This document shows, piece after piece, positions 24,968-39,252 of a stretch of DNA of 64,000 bases. Made by a program: the position numbers and the translations under genes. The stretch's first letter is position 1; each line of letters opens with the position of its first letter. Below the pieces are notes generated by a model. It did no database searches, was not told the origin of the DNA, and worked only from the letters and a program-made list of their open reading frames with translations. Where the stretch lies: contig JAMWBK010000008.1 of assembly GCA_029953675.1 (NCBI GenBank), forward strand, positions 1,860,001 to 1,924,000. The letters run 5' to 3'. Origin of the DNA: Rhodosorus marinus CCMP1338 (lineage: Eukaryota; Plantae; Rhodophyta).

Positions 24968-25515
24968 TTAGCTCTGAAGAGTTCGTCCCTCCACTGGCTG
25001 AAGCTTGCGTCTGCGAAGCATTCCCCGGGTGTTGCCTTCCCCAGTTCCCAGGCAAACACCGCAGATCAGTTCTCCTTTCCCTTCACATGTCGGACAAACT
25101 ACCCCCTTATATCGCAGTCTGACATCGCTATTCGCCGTTGCACGCCAGAATCCTGTTCCAGAGCAAAGGTCGCAGACCACCATACCCTGCATCACGACAG
25201 GAACAAAGATAATTAGCGATGGATCCAGTTGAAGCCAAGGAAAAAGTGAAATGCCGAGAAATGCCTCACCTTCCCACCACAGTTTTTGCAAAAATCCTCG
25301 CCATCCTCACCCGCCGCTCTAACATCCTTCGCACAACCCGTCAACACCACTCCAAACCCAGCCGATTTAACGATATCAAGAAAATTCCTCCTAGAACATG
25401 TCGAGCCTTCCTCCTCCAAACCTCTCACAACTTCGACCCTCCTTCTACACGCACACACTCGTCTACCACCCTTCGCAACGCCAACATACCCACTTATAAA
25501 TCCAATCATCCCCAT
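24968..25515 (-). CDS. PSA2: DnaJ-type zinc-finger-only protein, PSA2-like (thylakoid lumen, PSI assembly); 1 intron
   Basis: Transit-like leader, twin-Arg SRRNFL plus a hydrophobic stretch, four CxxCxGxG repeats (CKNCGGKG, CDLCSGTGFW, CPTCEGKG, CGVCLGTG) followed by GNTRGMLRR, like the NNKGLLRR of PSA2. Confidence 0.75.
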
Positions 25516-27172
25516 CTGTCCTCACAAAATTTTATCCTGATCTCTACTAGGAACCTATACTGACTTGTCTAAGCCTTTCGTAATTCAATTCGTATCCTCA
25601 AAAAAACCCATACACTACCTTTTCAATCACCCAAACCTCTGCTCTCCCAACTCTTCTCACCCGCCTCGAGAGCTAAAACCACTTCCACTAAACCTGCAAA
25701 TCCACTTATCGGTCAATAACCTCAATAAATTACCATAAAAACAAATGTTCCGGGACCGAGACAAGCGAGATATGTGGTGGCGAATGTTACCTAGTAAAAA
25801 CTATAAACTTTCAGACTTGGCCTGGTCGTGGTTTTCGTGGTTTACGATTTGAAATTCTTAAATAAGGACTATTTGAGTACATATTTGGGTATATACTTGG
25901 ATTATTGATGTATTAAATTGTATCTAAGTTCTAGAAAAAGAATTCTGGACGTAGATTTTTCTTTTTTTGTCTGGATGGAAGTGGAAGCGGCGGAGAGGTC
26001 GCTGGTGGTTCGGGGTTGGGCGATGACGGACTGGCTTGGGAGAGGATTTTGAGGGTGGCCCGGCTCTTCCCGTTTGATTTTCTTGATTAAATTGGGGAAG
26101 TACCGTGTATTTGAGGTGCTTACGACAGCGCGTTGTGAGATGTCGCTTTGACCCGGCGATTCCCTTGGATCAGGCTTTATCAAATCGCGATTGTAGCCCA
26201 TCATCTCATTTAGCATAGGGGCCTGGGCAAGAAGTACCCCACTCACCGGTACATTTCTGAGTTAGGAATGTCACGACTAATCCGGTACGCAAGCTGTCCG
26301 GCTCAAACAGAGACCAGTAGATCCTAGCGAACATCGCGTAGACGTTTCACGGCGTGTTCAACGGCGAATGATATGCGATCGATCGCTACGCACAGCCTGT
26401 GAACACGCAAACCGACGAAGCTTTTTCAACGAAGCGCGATCCAGATGGAAATCTTGGAGACGAATACATCGTCCGATCACAGCACAGCTTCAGTAAGCGG
26501 TGGTTGCATTGCCAAAGAACTGTCCTACTACAATCCCCAACTCTTGTGGCGTAGTACAAACGCAGTACGACTTACGAAGAATACTAGTGGAACAAAAAGA
26601 GTAAATCATATCTTCCCCGTCACATTTCTTTCAGGGGTCCCACAATGCTACCCCTCCATACAAAACTGAGATCGGTAAATAATATATTTTAGAAATAATT
26701 AACCCTAAGAACAGTAACGCACACGCGATACTACAAGGGTCCAATGACTATACATTAATTCTCTCGGCATTTTAATCCATTTCTGAACCCCGGTGATCAA
26801 CGTACAAAAATATCTCATCGTATTTTTGTCTCAAAATACTCTATATCTCCCAATATATTTGAATATGTTTATTTTATTATCGTATATATAGTATATCTAT
26901 TGAAATAAAGGATGTCCGTTTGGATATGATAATTTTGCGAAGAGAATTTTTTTGTGTCGGTAGCTCGTTTTCGGTGGTGGTTACTATTGGGTCGGAAGGT
27001 GTTAGCATAGGCACTTCCGACTCTTTGCGGAGAAAAGAAGGGCAAGTAGTTTGTATGTGTGAAAGGGGTTGGAAGGTTGGGGGAGGTTGGGGGAGGTTGG
27101 AGAGGTTGGAGGAATGTATTTGTGGACGGAGAATAGGGGTTTTGGATGACGAGTTACTTGGGTATTTGTTAT

Positions 27173-27180
27173 TATATAAG
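27173..27180 (+). promoter_or_regulatory. Putative TATA box of the SNF1 kinase gene
   Basis: TATATAAG 63 bp upstream of the ATG at 27243. Confidence 0.5.
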
Positions 27181-27242
27181 TGGGGTGTATAGATTGGACG
27201 GGCTGGGGCGTTCTGCCCTTGGTGCTTTTGGAGTGGGTCAGG

Positions 27243-29288
<2,046 letters not shown>

Positions 29289-30027
29289 ATTAACACCCTC
29301 TACTAGAGATCCTCGCATAGGAGTCCCCAGATGGTGGATGATTCCCAGGCTGACCTAGGGTATTAGAATCCCGAGAACGGGATCTGAACTGTTCGGGGAG
29401 TGCAGGAAACGGTTGTAATTATATTATTTGATCCTTCGCGCAAGACAGCGCAACACCCTCTGTGGGGAGCTGCGGAGTAAAGGCTACGGGGTGGGCGAGG
29501 TAGAAACGCCTTGTTCGAGATTCCTGCAGCTGAGTGTTACGAATAATCAACTCGTGCACGACGGGCAGGGAACACGTCGAAGAAAATACTCGTCAGGTCC
29601 TATTTCCACTTGGCAGCTGTTAATAACCGAACGTTTTTGAGTCCGTCCGGTTGGAAGGGTGGTTTTGAAGTTTAGCAACGGACGAAAATGGGAAGCCTAT
29701 TGCATTAGCTCAGTCTTACTACTGTCATCCTGGACTGTTGAGCTGCGCACTCCATATCTTCGCTCATACTCTTGTGGTGGAAATGCCGGACGGTGATATG
29801 TCTGATCAGAATTTGCAGACTGGTGGCCTGTTCTTTTCTCGCCGTATTCATATATTTGCTCCGCTTCTAACAACAAATCACAATGCAGGCTTGGGAGGCT
29901 CTGGGTTCTAAACCATTGTCACGGTCCACCCTTTCGTCCCAGCGGGAAATTCTTGTTGCTCCTTCGACTAAGAAGATTTTTGCTCTAATAACTCTAACCT
30001 TGTCCTGGAATCCTCCCGCGAACATGT

Positions 30028-31929
30028 CTACTCTATGCATCCGATCAGCCAATTCATGGCTCCTTGGAACTGAACCGCGGCCTCGGGCGACAAGTCTCTA
30101 GGTATACAGACTCGCTTTCTCTCGTATTTGGCCGCGTCCACAACTTTCTTGCTCACAACATCTCGAAGGTCTACTTCGCCACTACCATCAATCAACGTCC
30201 TGATCGCGAATCGGAACGCCAGGTCGATCTGGTCGTGGAGTTCCTGATTTTCGCGTTCGCCTAGTCCACGGAGCGCGTCTCTAACCACAACCTCATGATG
30301 ATTGATGAACTGCGCCGCAGCGGAGTACCGCGCACCTAGGGTTGAGTCGTCACCTACGAACCAACACGAAAACAGGAACAAAAAGACCAGAGCGGGGAGG
30401 GCATTAGCTTTCCACCGGGGCGGGCTCCCAAGCCTAAGACGAGATTGGTTCACGACGTTCAGGATCAACATACTGCTGAGCTTCGCCATGAGAGGTCCGT
30501 TCTCAATCTGCTCGCGAATACTCTCTGCCCCAACTGCTTTCTTGCACGGCCCGATCTGTGGCGGAAGGTTTCGTACCAGCGAATACGTATCAGACATCAG
30601 GGCTGAGTACGAATGTCGTCTTCTCATCGCCTCCATGAACTTCTTCAGGTTCGGGTGCGCTCCTGTTGATGCATTGAAAATGGCAAGAAATAGGACTTGG
30701 TCATTAGTACGAACATCCACTGGGCAACCACACCCATCGCATCATATTTGGCAACCAACCATCCGCAAACAAATCGATGCCTCTCCAGTACAGTAGTGAC
30801 GCGCACTGGCGCTCGATAAACGGCGCATACATGAAATCAGTTACAGTCGCTGACTCTCCCATGAAGTACGGCCCTTCGAACTCTTCAAGCAGCGCTTCAA
30901 CTTCCTCGAGCGTAGAGTAGAGTTCAGCTGTCACCTTCTCCTGATTTCCACAGAGATACAAACCAGTCAGAACATCAGTACAAATAATCGCAACACAGAA
31001 ACACATTGTTTCCGCGAGTAGCGCTTTTCGCTTAGCACTCTCGTCGAACCTGTTGGGTATCCGGTGCTCTCAGGCACCGAAGCCATCGCTGGGTTAGCTT
31101 TTTCTCAATGCCGAGGTGTCTTTCGACTGTTCGCTTGCCTTCCCCATCTTTCGGAAGCAAGGGGTTGGTGTCCGGGAACTCCTTCTCGAGTTTAAGCATG
31201 ATCTGAAGTGACTCAAGCTTGTACCGCCTTCCGATCTACAATGCAGCGATCGACAATAACAGTACTCATTAGAAGCACGCAATGATTGTCCTCCGAACAA
31301 CACTGTAGGGAGCACAAAGAGTATAGAAAGCGTACCTCGAGCAAGGGAAGGGAGCCCGAGCCGTTAATTTTCAGATACCAACCGGGTTGGCGACCGTAGC
31401 ACTTGAGATTGACCTTCTTAAATCTGTAGGGCACCTTTTTCTCTTCGAGATAGATCTGAACTCTCTGGCAGTATGGACACCTGTACACGAGCAAGAAAGG
31501 ACAGTCAATTTCAGACAATCCGTTTCCGTTGCAGGCGTCCAAAGATTTTCCTCAAACTCAGACGCCGACGTGCTACGCCAAGCTGTTTTCTTACCAGTAC
31601 GATGTGTCTCTGTAGAAGACGAACTGGATGTCTTCTTCAGATTGACCAAAGAGTCGGACACAATCCCGATCCCACGGAGGAGTAACCTTAGCTTCCCCAT
31701 TGACGTAATCGGGATTAAGAAAGTCGTTGGGAATCTTGAGCGCCAGATCCTGCCAGGAAGGGGCTGCCGGCGCTGCCTTCGTTGGCCCAGAGGATTGTGT
31801 CATGAATACAATAGACGCCGCTCTCGGCTTTGGGGCCCGAAGCAGTGCGCGATCATACTTGCTACAGCCCGGGAGACCTCCTGTCCCCCGCAACCCGCAC
31901 GGTGAGGCCACCGTAAATCCAAGACCCAT
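30028..31929 (-). CDS. Plastid-targeted glutathione S-transferase-like protein with CPYC active site; multi-exon
   Basis: Transit-like leader, then FYRDTSYW|CPYCQRVQIYLEEKKVPYRFKKVNLKCYG..WYLKINGSGSLPLLE, EEFEGPYFMG...TDFMYAPFIERQ, SDTYSLVRNLPPQIG and RVCIPRDLSPEAA, matching the cyanobacterial/algal extended GST family. Confidence 0.85.
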
Positions 31930-34261
31930 ATTTCCTAGTCCACGTAAACCCTCAATTATACTAAACGAGACGAAAGAAAAACAACGAAAAGGTCGAAAAC
32001 TCCAACGTCCTCGACTTCCCGCTCAATAAGCGTCGCAATCCACTCTTCAACAAACAAACCCCTACAAAAAAACACAACACACTCGATCCTCTACCTTCTA
32101 AGGTCCTTATAAACCTTCCTGTTCAACGCCAAATACCTCCGGAACGTAGAAAACCCGACTACCACCGTGCTTCCCTCCTTAAAAGGCTGCCCACCCATAT
32201 CATCTCGCGGCTCCACATCCACAATCTTAAATAGCATCGGAAAAGAGTTTCACGTCATGAAAACCAAAGCCCCTCAAAAGTCCAACCCCATTTCCACACT
32301 CCCCAATATGCCTCAGTCAAAAACTACTCCTAAATAATTCATGAATTCAAATATCAGTCAAAATAATTGGATCTGGAGATGGAACTCAAGTGGCCCCCCA
32401 AATCCAAGATTTCATTTCCTTCGTTTCTTGCGCATTTTCGGGGGCCCTCAATATAGCCCAATGCGCTCTCAGGGCGATGTCAATCAAAATAATTTTGAAT
32501 TGAGAAATAATAAACCTTCGTTCGTCATTATCTTACTATACGATGTATTTATTGGTAGTCATGAACTAACATTTTGATTTATTTTTGGTTTATCAGTCAT
32601 TATCAATGATCCACCATTTGCGGATATTAAGAGCGAGGAGAATTGCGAGAAAATCGAGAATCTAGTATAAGTCAGTCAATATTCGGTCATGTTTAATGAA
32701 TATAGATAACTTTTAAGAAGACAGCAGTCATTATATGCCTTAGGACTGGAGTTGAATGTTCTCATTTTTGAATGTGTGGAAAGGCGGATTGAAATACAAA
32801 AAATTGCAGATATTTAGCCAATGAGATTTCTAAAAGAGGCATTGAGTGTCATCTAACGTATTGATCCATTGTGCTACAAAATGCCCGCTAATTTGTATTA
32901 TTGATATGTAGTATGTCTTTGTATTTATGACAGTTAATCGGTACACGAAATATTGGGCATTTTCCATTGAATTGTGAGATATGATTTCACTACGTTTTCT
33001 CTTATGTTGGGGGGGGGGAGGATAGCGGTTTCGAAGAACTTATTTACGAGGGTTTCTGAGGGCGCGCCTTCATCTGGAGTCATTTAGATCTTTGGGGAAG
33101 GGGGTCGTTGGTTTCGCCAGGATTGATCGGGATGGCTTTTCATGCAGTACTGGACTGGAATCGTGACCCTCCAATAATTCCATTCACGCGATGAAAGGAC
33201 CAACTCACACGCGAAGTCTGCGATCGTGACGATATTTTTGCAGTTTCCTCGCTCGTGATGGTGGCAATGACCACTGCTACCCGGCTTCTGAAGACGTCAA
33301 GGAACGTGTTGGTTCCGAGCAATCCTTCAACGATTCAGGCCGTGGACGTCGCATAAGCACCAAGGAAGCTAATAGAGCCTCATGCTCATACCCTCCCTAG
33401 TACGTTCTCGAGACCACCAACGCGGATCTGGGATCTCCTTAGCCATAGCTTTGTTTGGCATCCTCGCGTATCCTTTGCACTACACACTCCGTAAGCTGAA
33501 GTAAAGGTAGAACAGTAACCTCACGATTGGGTCCACAGGGCATCCCAGCGAGCTGACATATTGCACGGTATGGCTGACGCCCACAAACCAGCCCAAAAGA
33601 ACCTTCGGACTTTTTTTTGGCCAATCGCTTTTATTCAAAATACAAAACATACACGTTTGTCTGTTCCAACATTGAACAACTGTTCCACGAACGCCAGCCT
33701 CGTTTTTTCGTGGTTTATTAGAAGCCCTTTCTTCCTGGTGTGTAAAATAACTGAAAATCATAACATGAATGTTAAGGAAATGCTCGCCGGAGGGTAACAA
33801 TGGGCAAGATTTCTGGCCTGCAAAATATGTTTTAAAATTCTTGTTTCTCAGAAACCCTGGATTTTTCGCCCTCCTCGGGGAGGAAGATGTGCTGCAACCA
33901 ATTCATGCCAACTTGGCTTGCTGGGAGGCCGCGGGGGGGTTGGGGGAGTGAAAGCTTAACGTTTATGTGGGTGATGTGGTGACGACTTGAAAAGCATAGG
34001 TACCCGCCATATAAGGCAAGAACCTTTTTCTGGCGTTGTGTTCTCAACTGAGATCTTCGTGGGTTGCTATACGTTGCTGGCTGTGGTTCACCACTGGTCG
34101 GTTGGGTAGGGTATGGCCGGCGGGTAGCCCTTGCCTGCTTGCAGATAATTTATGACATGGACGCGACCCCATCGTTATCTTAGAAGCGCGTCCGTGAGCG
34201 GGGATTTGCTTTCTCTCGACGAAGTGATGCGAGCTTTGTCTTCAGCTGAAACGTGGCGGAG

Positions 34262-36709
34262 ATGAAGTATATCGTTTTGTTGTTTTCAGTGATCGTTCTT
34301 GGTTGTTTGGGTGACTTCCAGGGGCCAAGAAATGTAAGCATCCTGTCGCGGTACCCGAGGAACAATGCCACAGCGGTGTTGGCCTCGTCCTCCCTTTTCT
34401 TCATGAGGAAGGGTAGGCCACCTCGCAGAAACATTGACCGACTTGAGTTTTGTTTTGATAGTGCCGTCATGCTACTGAAATCGGATCATTTTGTTGGGTT
34501 TTATTTTCCAGGAAAAACCTCAAGAGTTGAGGACGCCCATCGTACAAAAGGCGAGCTCCTTCCGGAAGTATCACTCAACCCATCGCCGCCAACTCGGTAG
34601 GACACCAAAGTTTCTGTTTATTGTTTTCTACAGAATGACAGCGAATCTACAAATTTGCTTGTTTGTTCCGTATTCTCTGATCAAGAATTTCTCAATGCGG
34701 TCACCACAGCAGGAACGCCATTGGACTGTGTGCGGCGGTAACCTCGTCGTCGTTTTTCTTGCTAGAGATGCAAAAAACATGCGGAAAGTTGTCGAGAAGA
34801 GGCAGGCGGGCTCGAAAAGCTCGTGGTGGAGAGGTCAAGGTGCGAGAGGATTGGTGCCCAAGAGAGGACGATTTCAGACATTTCTTTTATGCCGGCGGCC
34901 ACGAAGAGATTCTCAAGGAAGAGGGGTGGAGAACAAAGTTCAGGAACGCTTTCGTGAAAGTCAGGAACACGTTCAAAGGAGAGGAAAAGACCACGGACGC
35001 ACCGGTGGAAGGTGTAGATTCTTGTTTAGCTCCCGCTGATCTGGGCAGCGCTGAAGAGTGTCTCTACGTAGATGCCGAGGATGAACCTCAACAGCCAGAT
35101 GGGCTTGGAGATCCACCCAGTTCTGAAGCCCATCCTCCCTGTTGTATGGTTTCAAACTCTGGAGTGTGGAGAGCGAGAATCCTCTCCCAAAGTACCTGGG
35201 AGGACCGTAGACTTGTTTTATGGAGAAAGAGGGAGATGCTCATACTCACAAGAAGTAGGAAACGAACGGAGCGCTTCCTTTGTGCTCTAGAAGCACAGCT
35301 GGAGAGTCACCTCACAACCGAAACTACCTGGACAAGAGTGGACGGAGAAGGTCGGCCCACGAGTCCAAAACCTCGGAAAACTCCGAAACCAGTCCTCCCT
35401 TCCGTCGAAGGCTGGGACCAGCGGGTACGTTTATTTTTTTGCATGTGTTGCCTTAGCTTCACAAGGACTTGTTTCCGTCGTCTCCTCTGCGATTATGACT
35501 TTTCTTTGTATTCTCATTTAGCTGGAGAGCCACAGGGTAAATTTCGCCTCGGTGGACCTGGGCGCTCGAGTTTTAGACTTCAGTGGTGGCTCCCTGGGAG
35601 TGAGCAACATCCTTCGCCGGGACGCTGACTCGTACATGCTATGCCCCTGCCGGGATCGTCTCCGCTTTGTAGTCGTGGAGCTGTCCGAAGAGATTGTCGT
35701 GGAGGCAGTGGAGATCTCAAACCAGGAGTACTACTCATCATCGCCTGAGCAGGTCCTTCTCCTGGGGTCGGGTCGGTATCCTTGCGAAAAGTGGAAACGC
35801 CTTGGATTGTTCGATTTTGACTCAGTGATTCAGAAGCAGGCCCTCGTTCTGGAGAATTCATCAATTGCGCGATACCTCAAGATAGTATTCATTGGAAATC
35901 ACAAGAACGCTTACTACTGCCCCATAACCGAGGTTCGAGTGCATGGGAAGACATTAATCGACGACTGGAAAGAGGCAATCGAAATAGAGCATGCGGAGGA
36001 GCCGGTTACGACAGAATCTAATTCGTTGCTTTCTAGGCGATTTCCGTTCCCTCCGCTGTTACCTCCTCGGGAGGGTCGATATGACAATATATTTCGTCGC
36101 CTTACGCAAACCATCCGCTCGCTGCACTTCAATCAGACGCGTCTCCAAGAAGCTATAGATGGACAGATTGACAGGTTCGAGTCAGACTTGAGGGGGCTCA
36201 AGTATGACTCATCGCTTTCCAGAAGGGAAGTGTTGAAAATGAGCGAACTGGCCTGGTCAGCGAACACACGCCTGATGAGCGAGATGGCTACTTTGAAGCG
36301 CCTCACCTCCTGGGCGTTTGCGTTTGCAATCATAGCTCTGATTGCGCTGGTTTTCAGTGTGCTTCTTCAGATGAGATCATATCTGCTGGGAGCGCCTGAT
36401 GAGGTGTTGGGCCGATCCAGGAACTCGATTGCTGAGCGTCCTGGTCCTGGGAGGAATGGTGTGGGAAATTCTCGGCCTGTGGACGAGGGCAAGAAAGCTC
36501 GAAGGAAGAAAGGGGGTCAACCTGAGAGACGGTCCAGCCAAAAGTCGATGAAGCCCCCTCCGAACGGAAAGAACCGTAGGCCACCTTCCGTGGACAGATC
36601 TGCTGGAAGTTTACAGCAAAAGCCTGCTCGACCTTTGCCAGCTCTGCCACCGCTGTCCAGGCTAAAGAGCAAATCTGCTCAGGACGTCGCCGCCCTTCTT
36701 AAGGGTTAA
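34262..36709 (+). CDS. Mid-SUN (Sad1/UNC-like; SLP1/SUCO-type) protein. The SUN exon is about 35540-36709; joining of the upstream exons from 34262 is tentative
   Basis: NFASVDLGARVL..SNILRRDADSYMLCPC..FVVVELSEEIVV..VEISNQEYYSS..LLGSGRYP..W..YLKIVFIGNH..YYCPITEVRVHG, then a coiled coil, a TM (WAFAFAIIALIALVFSVLL) and a basic tail. A signal-peptide-like MKYIVLLFSVIVLGCLG lies at 34262. Confidence 0.85.
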
Positions 36710-37635
36710 GAACGTTGTATCTTGGCATCTGGTGATCGATGCGCGACCGTCAACCGGTGGACTCAAAATACTTGGCCTAGCTAACTTTTGTATTTATGAA
36801 CCTGTGTATACGAAGACGTGAAAGGAGTCTAGGAATCTGTGTCTTATTATTCCGCCATGGATGTGGAGCAGCCAGTGGCATCAGCACAGGTAAATTGGTC
36901 ATGAACGTTGAGAATGGATGGAGTTGGCGTCGTCCCTGCATACCGACAACATTTCCTTAAGTAAATTGAACGCGGCTCGATCGCCTACGAGAACCAATGT
37001 CGGGAAGGTCACTTTCCAGTTTCGAACTGGAGGAGCAGCAGGTAAACTTGAAAACCTTGTGCATAGTTCCATCCTCTTGTCATGATTTGCCTCCTTGTCG
37101 GCCGTCATCCAGCAACTGACGCATCGTGCTTGAGCAGCAGCTTTCGTAGCGCATGAGAGTTTTCCGGTTTCGATGAGGGGGACACTGGGGAAGCGTTTCC
37201 ATCTGCGTTGTTGCTCTCATCTGTGCATGATAGGCACAAAGTACGCTCGGTATCGTGCTATCTTCTTTGGTTCTCGTGAAGCCAAAAAAATTCTGGTCTC
37301 AGACTTTATGATGTCCCTGGCTTCTGTGGCAGTCTTGAACTATTTGAAAGACTTTGCCGAACGAGGTGGCAGGCGAAACTGCATCCAGGGTTTTCTAAAA
37401 TCGCGATTGTCCATCTTTACACAGTTCAGGACCCAAACCCTGAGGATGGTGAAAGGCACAATATATTCCAGGCTTCTGGACTGGATTCGAGCTCGTCGAC
37501 GGGGGAAAACTTTGTTTCCACAGCTCTCGAGCTCTAAAACATCTCACGAGCAACTTGTTAACTACATAAACAGGGTATAACTATCAAAATAATAAGATAT
37601 CAACCTTGAGGTTGCTTAGCGGGGAAGCTTCTTTG

Positions 37636-39252
37636 TCAGGGTCTACCTAAAAGGTTGTAGAGAGCGGCCCCCGGGCCTTCTTCCACGGTCCTCAACCAGG
37701 AGAGGGGCAACATGGAGATCTTTTTCACCTTGGTGACATATGCTCTCTTTGTGAAGTTGTCATATCGATTAGCTTCCAGTTGAGTCAGAATTCCGCCATA
37801 GATATCCATGCTAGCCCTAACCGGCAGGCGAGCATCGGGTGCGAGCATCGCTATGCCAGCCTCGGCCTGCTGAAAGTAATCCCTGCAGCCAAAATAACCC
37901 AGAACGTAAAGCATTCAGAATCCGCAGCTTATTCGAACAACATGAGCTGCTGAGCGAAAGAGCTCTTGACTCACCTAGCCCTTGCTATCTCAAACTTCAT
38001 CAAATCGATGTAGTTTTGGTTGATAACACCGTTGAACAAATCTTCTTCTGTGTAGTTGAACTTCTCCATATCCTCTTTCGGAAGGTATATTCTTCCGCGT
38101 CCGGCGTCCTCCCCGACATCCCTCAGGATGTTTGTGATCTGCAGCGCGATTCCCAGAGCCACCGCAGGTTTCTTTGCTTCATCCAATGCCGCCTTTCCAG
38201 GAGTTGCAGTTCCCATGATTGGCAGCGTCATAAGCCCGACCGTTGCTGATTCGATTTCAAAGACACAAGCGCTCAGTTCAAGATATTTCGGATACTTAAT
38301 ACGCATCACATTTGAGGGACTGTTAGCTTACCAGCAACCCTGTAGCAGTACAGGTACAGCTCTTGCCAAGTTTCATAGCGGGACTTCTGAAGATCCATCT
38401 TCATGCCCTCTACCATGTCGAAGAATGGCTGTGATCTGAGAAGCGGAAATTTCTGTACAACATCTACCAGGGCAAGGTCCAGAGCATCAAACGCTCGGCC
38501 AGCAAAGATCTCATCAATCCTTTTCTCCCACTCCGCCAGCACTTCTCTTACTTCGTCATCATTCCCTTCTGCACGAGGACCGTCTGGACGAAGCGCAGAC
38601 ATTAAATCATTGGTTAGTGAGCGGTAAACGAAACAAGATCTCGTCCCCTCGCCCATCCCCGGGGCCCTGGGGGCCCTGGCTCCCCTCTTCTTGGCTCACA
38701 AACGTACCAACGATGTCATCTGTCCTCCTGCACCACACGTAAATAGCCCACACAGGCAGCCTTTTCTCTTCCGAAAGCAAACTGGTTCCCAAAAAGAAAG
38801 TTTTCGCATACGATGCGGTAATTCTCTTGCATTCCAAGTACGCTTTCTTTAAAATCCGTTCACGCTTAGTTTCAAAGCGTTGTTGCTGTTCTGAAAACGA
38901 CAGTTTCCGTACTGCAGATGTCGCAGTCGTGTCCCATGGGACTGGGTCCAAACTCGAAGCTCGCTTGCGTTCAGTTATTTCGAGACGATTCGTCGGCTCC
39001 TCCTAACAATGATGAGAACCAGTCAGACCCAACATCACCCAAAGTTGACAAACAGGAGAATCGCTCTGGAGGCCGCTGACAAAATGCGAGATTACGCGAA
39101 ATGAAAAGTGTACAAAAGCATACCGATGCTTTCTCCGTGATATCTCTGGAGACGACCATTCTGACCGGACGGCGGTTTGACGTCGAGCCGCTCCATCTCG
39201 CTCGACTTCTCTCGTATTGCCCTCGCGCAAAAGTACTCACAAAGGCAACCAT
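37636..39252 (-). CDS. PSY: Phytoene synthase, plastid-targeted; multi-exon
   Basis: YAKTFFLGTSLL..VWAIYVWCRRTDDIV, DMVEGMKMDLQKSRYETWQELYLYCYRVAG, ALGIALQITNILRDVGEDAGRGRIYLP, SMDIYGGIL..NRYDNFTKRAYV; leader MVAFVSTF. Confidence 0.97.
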
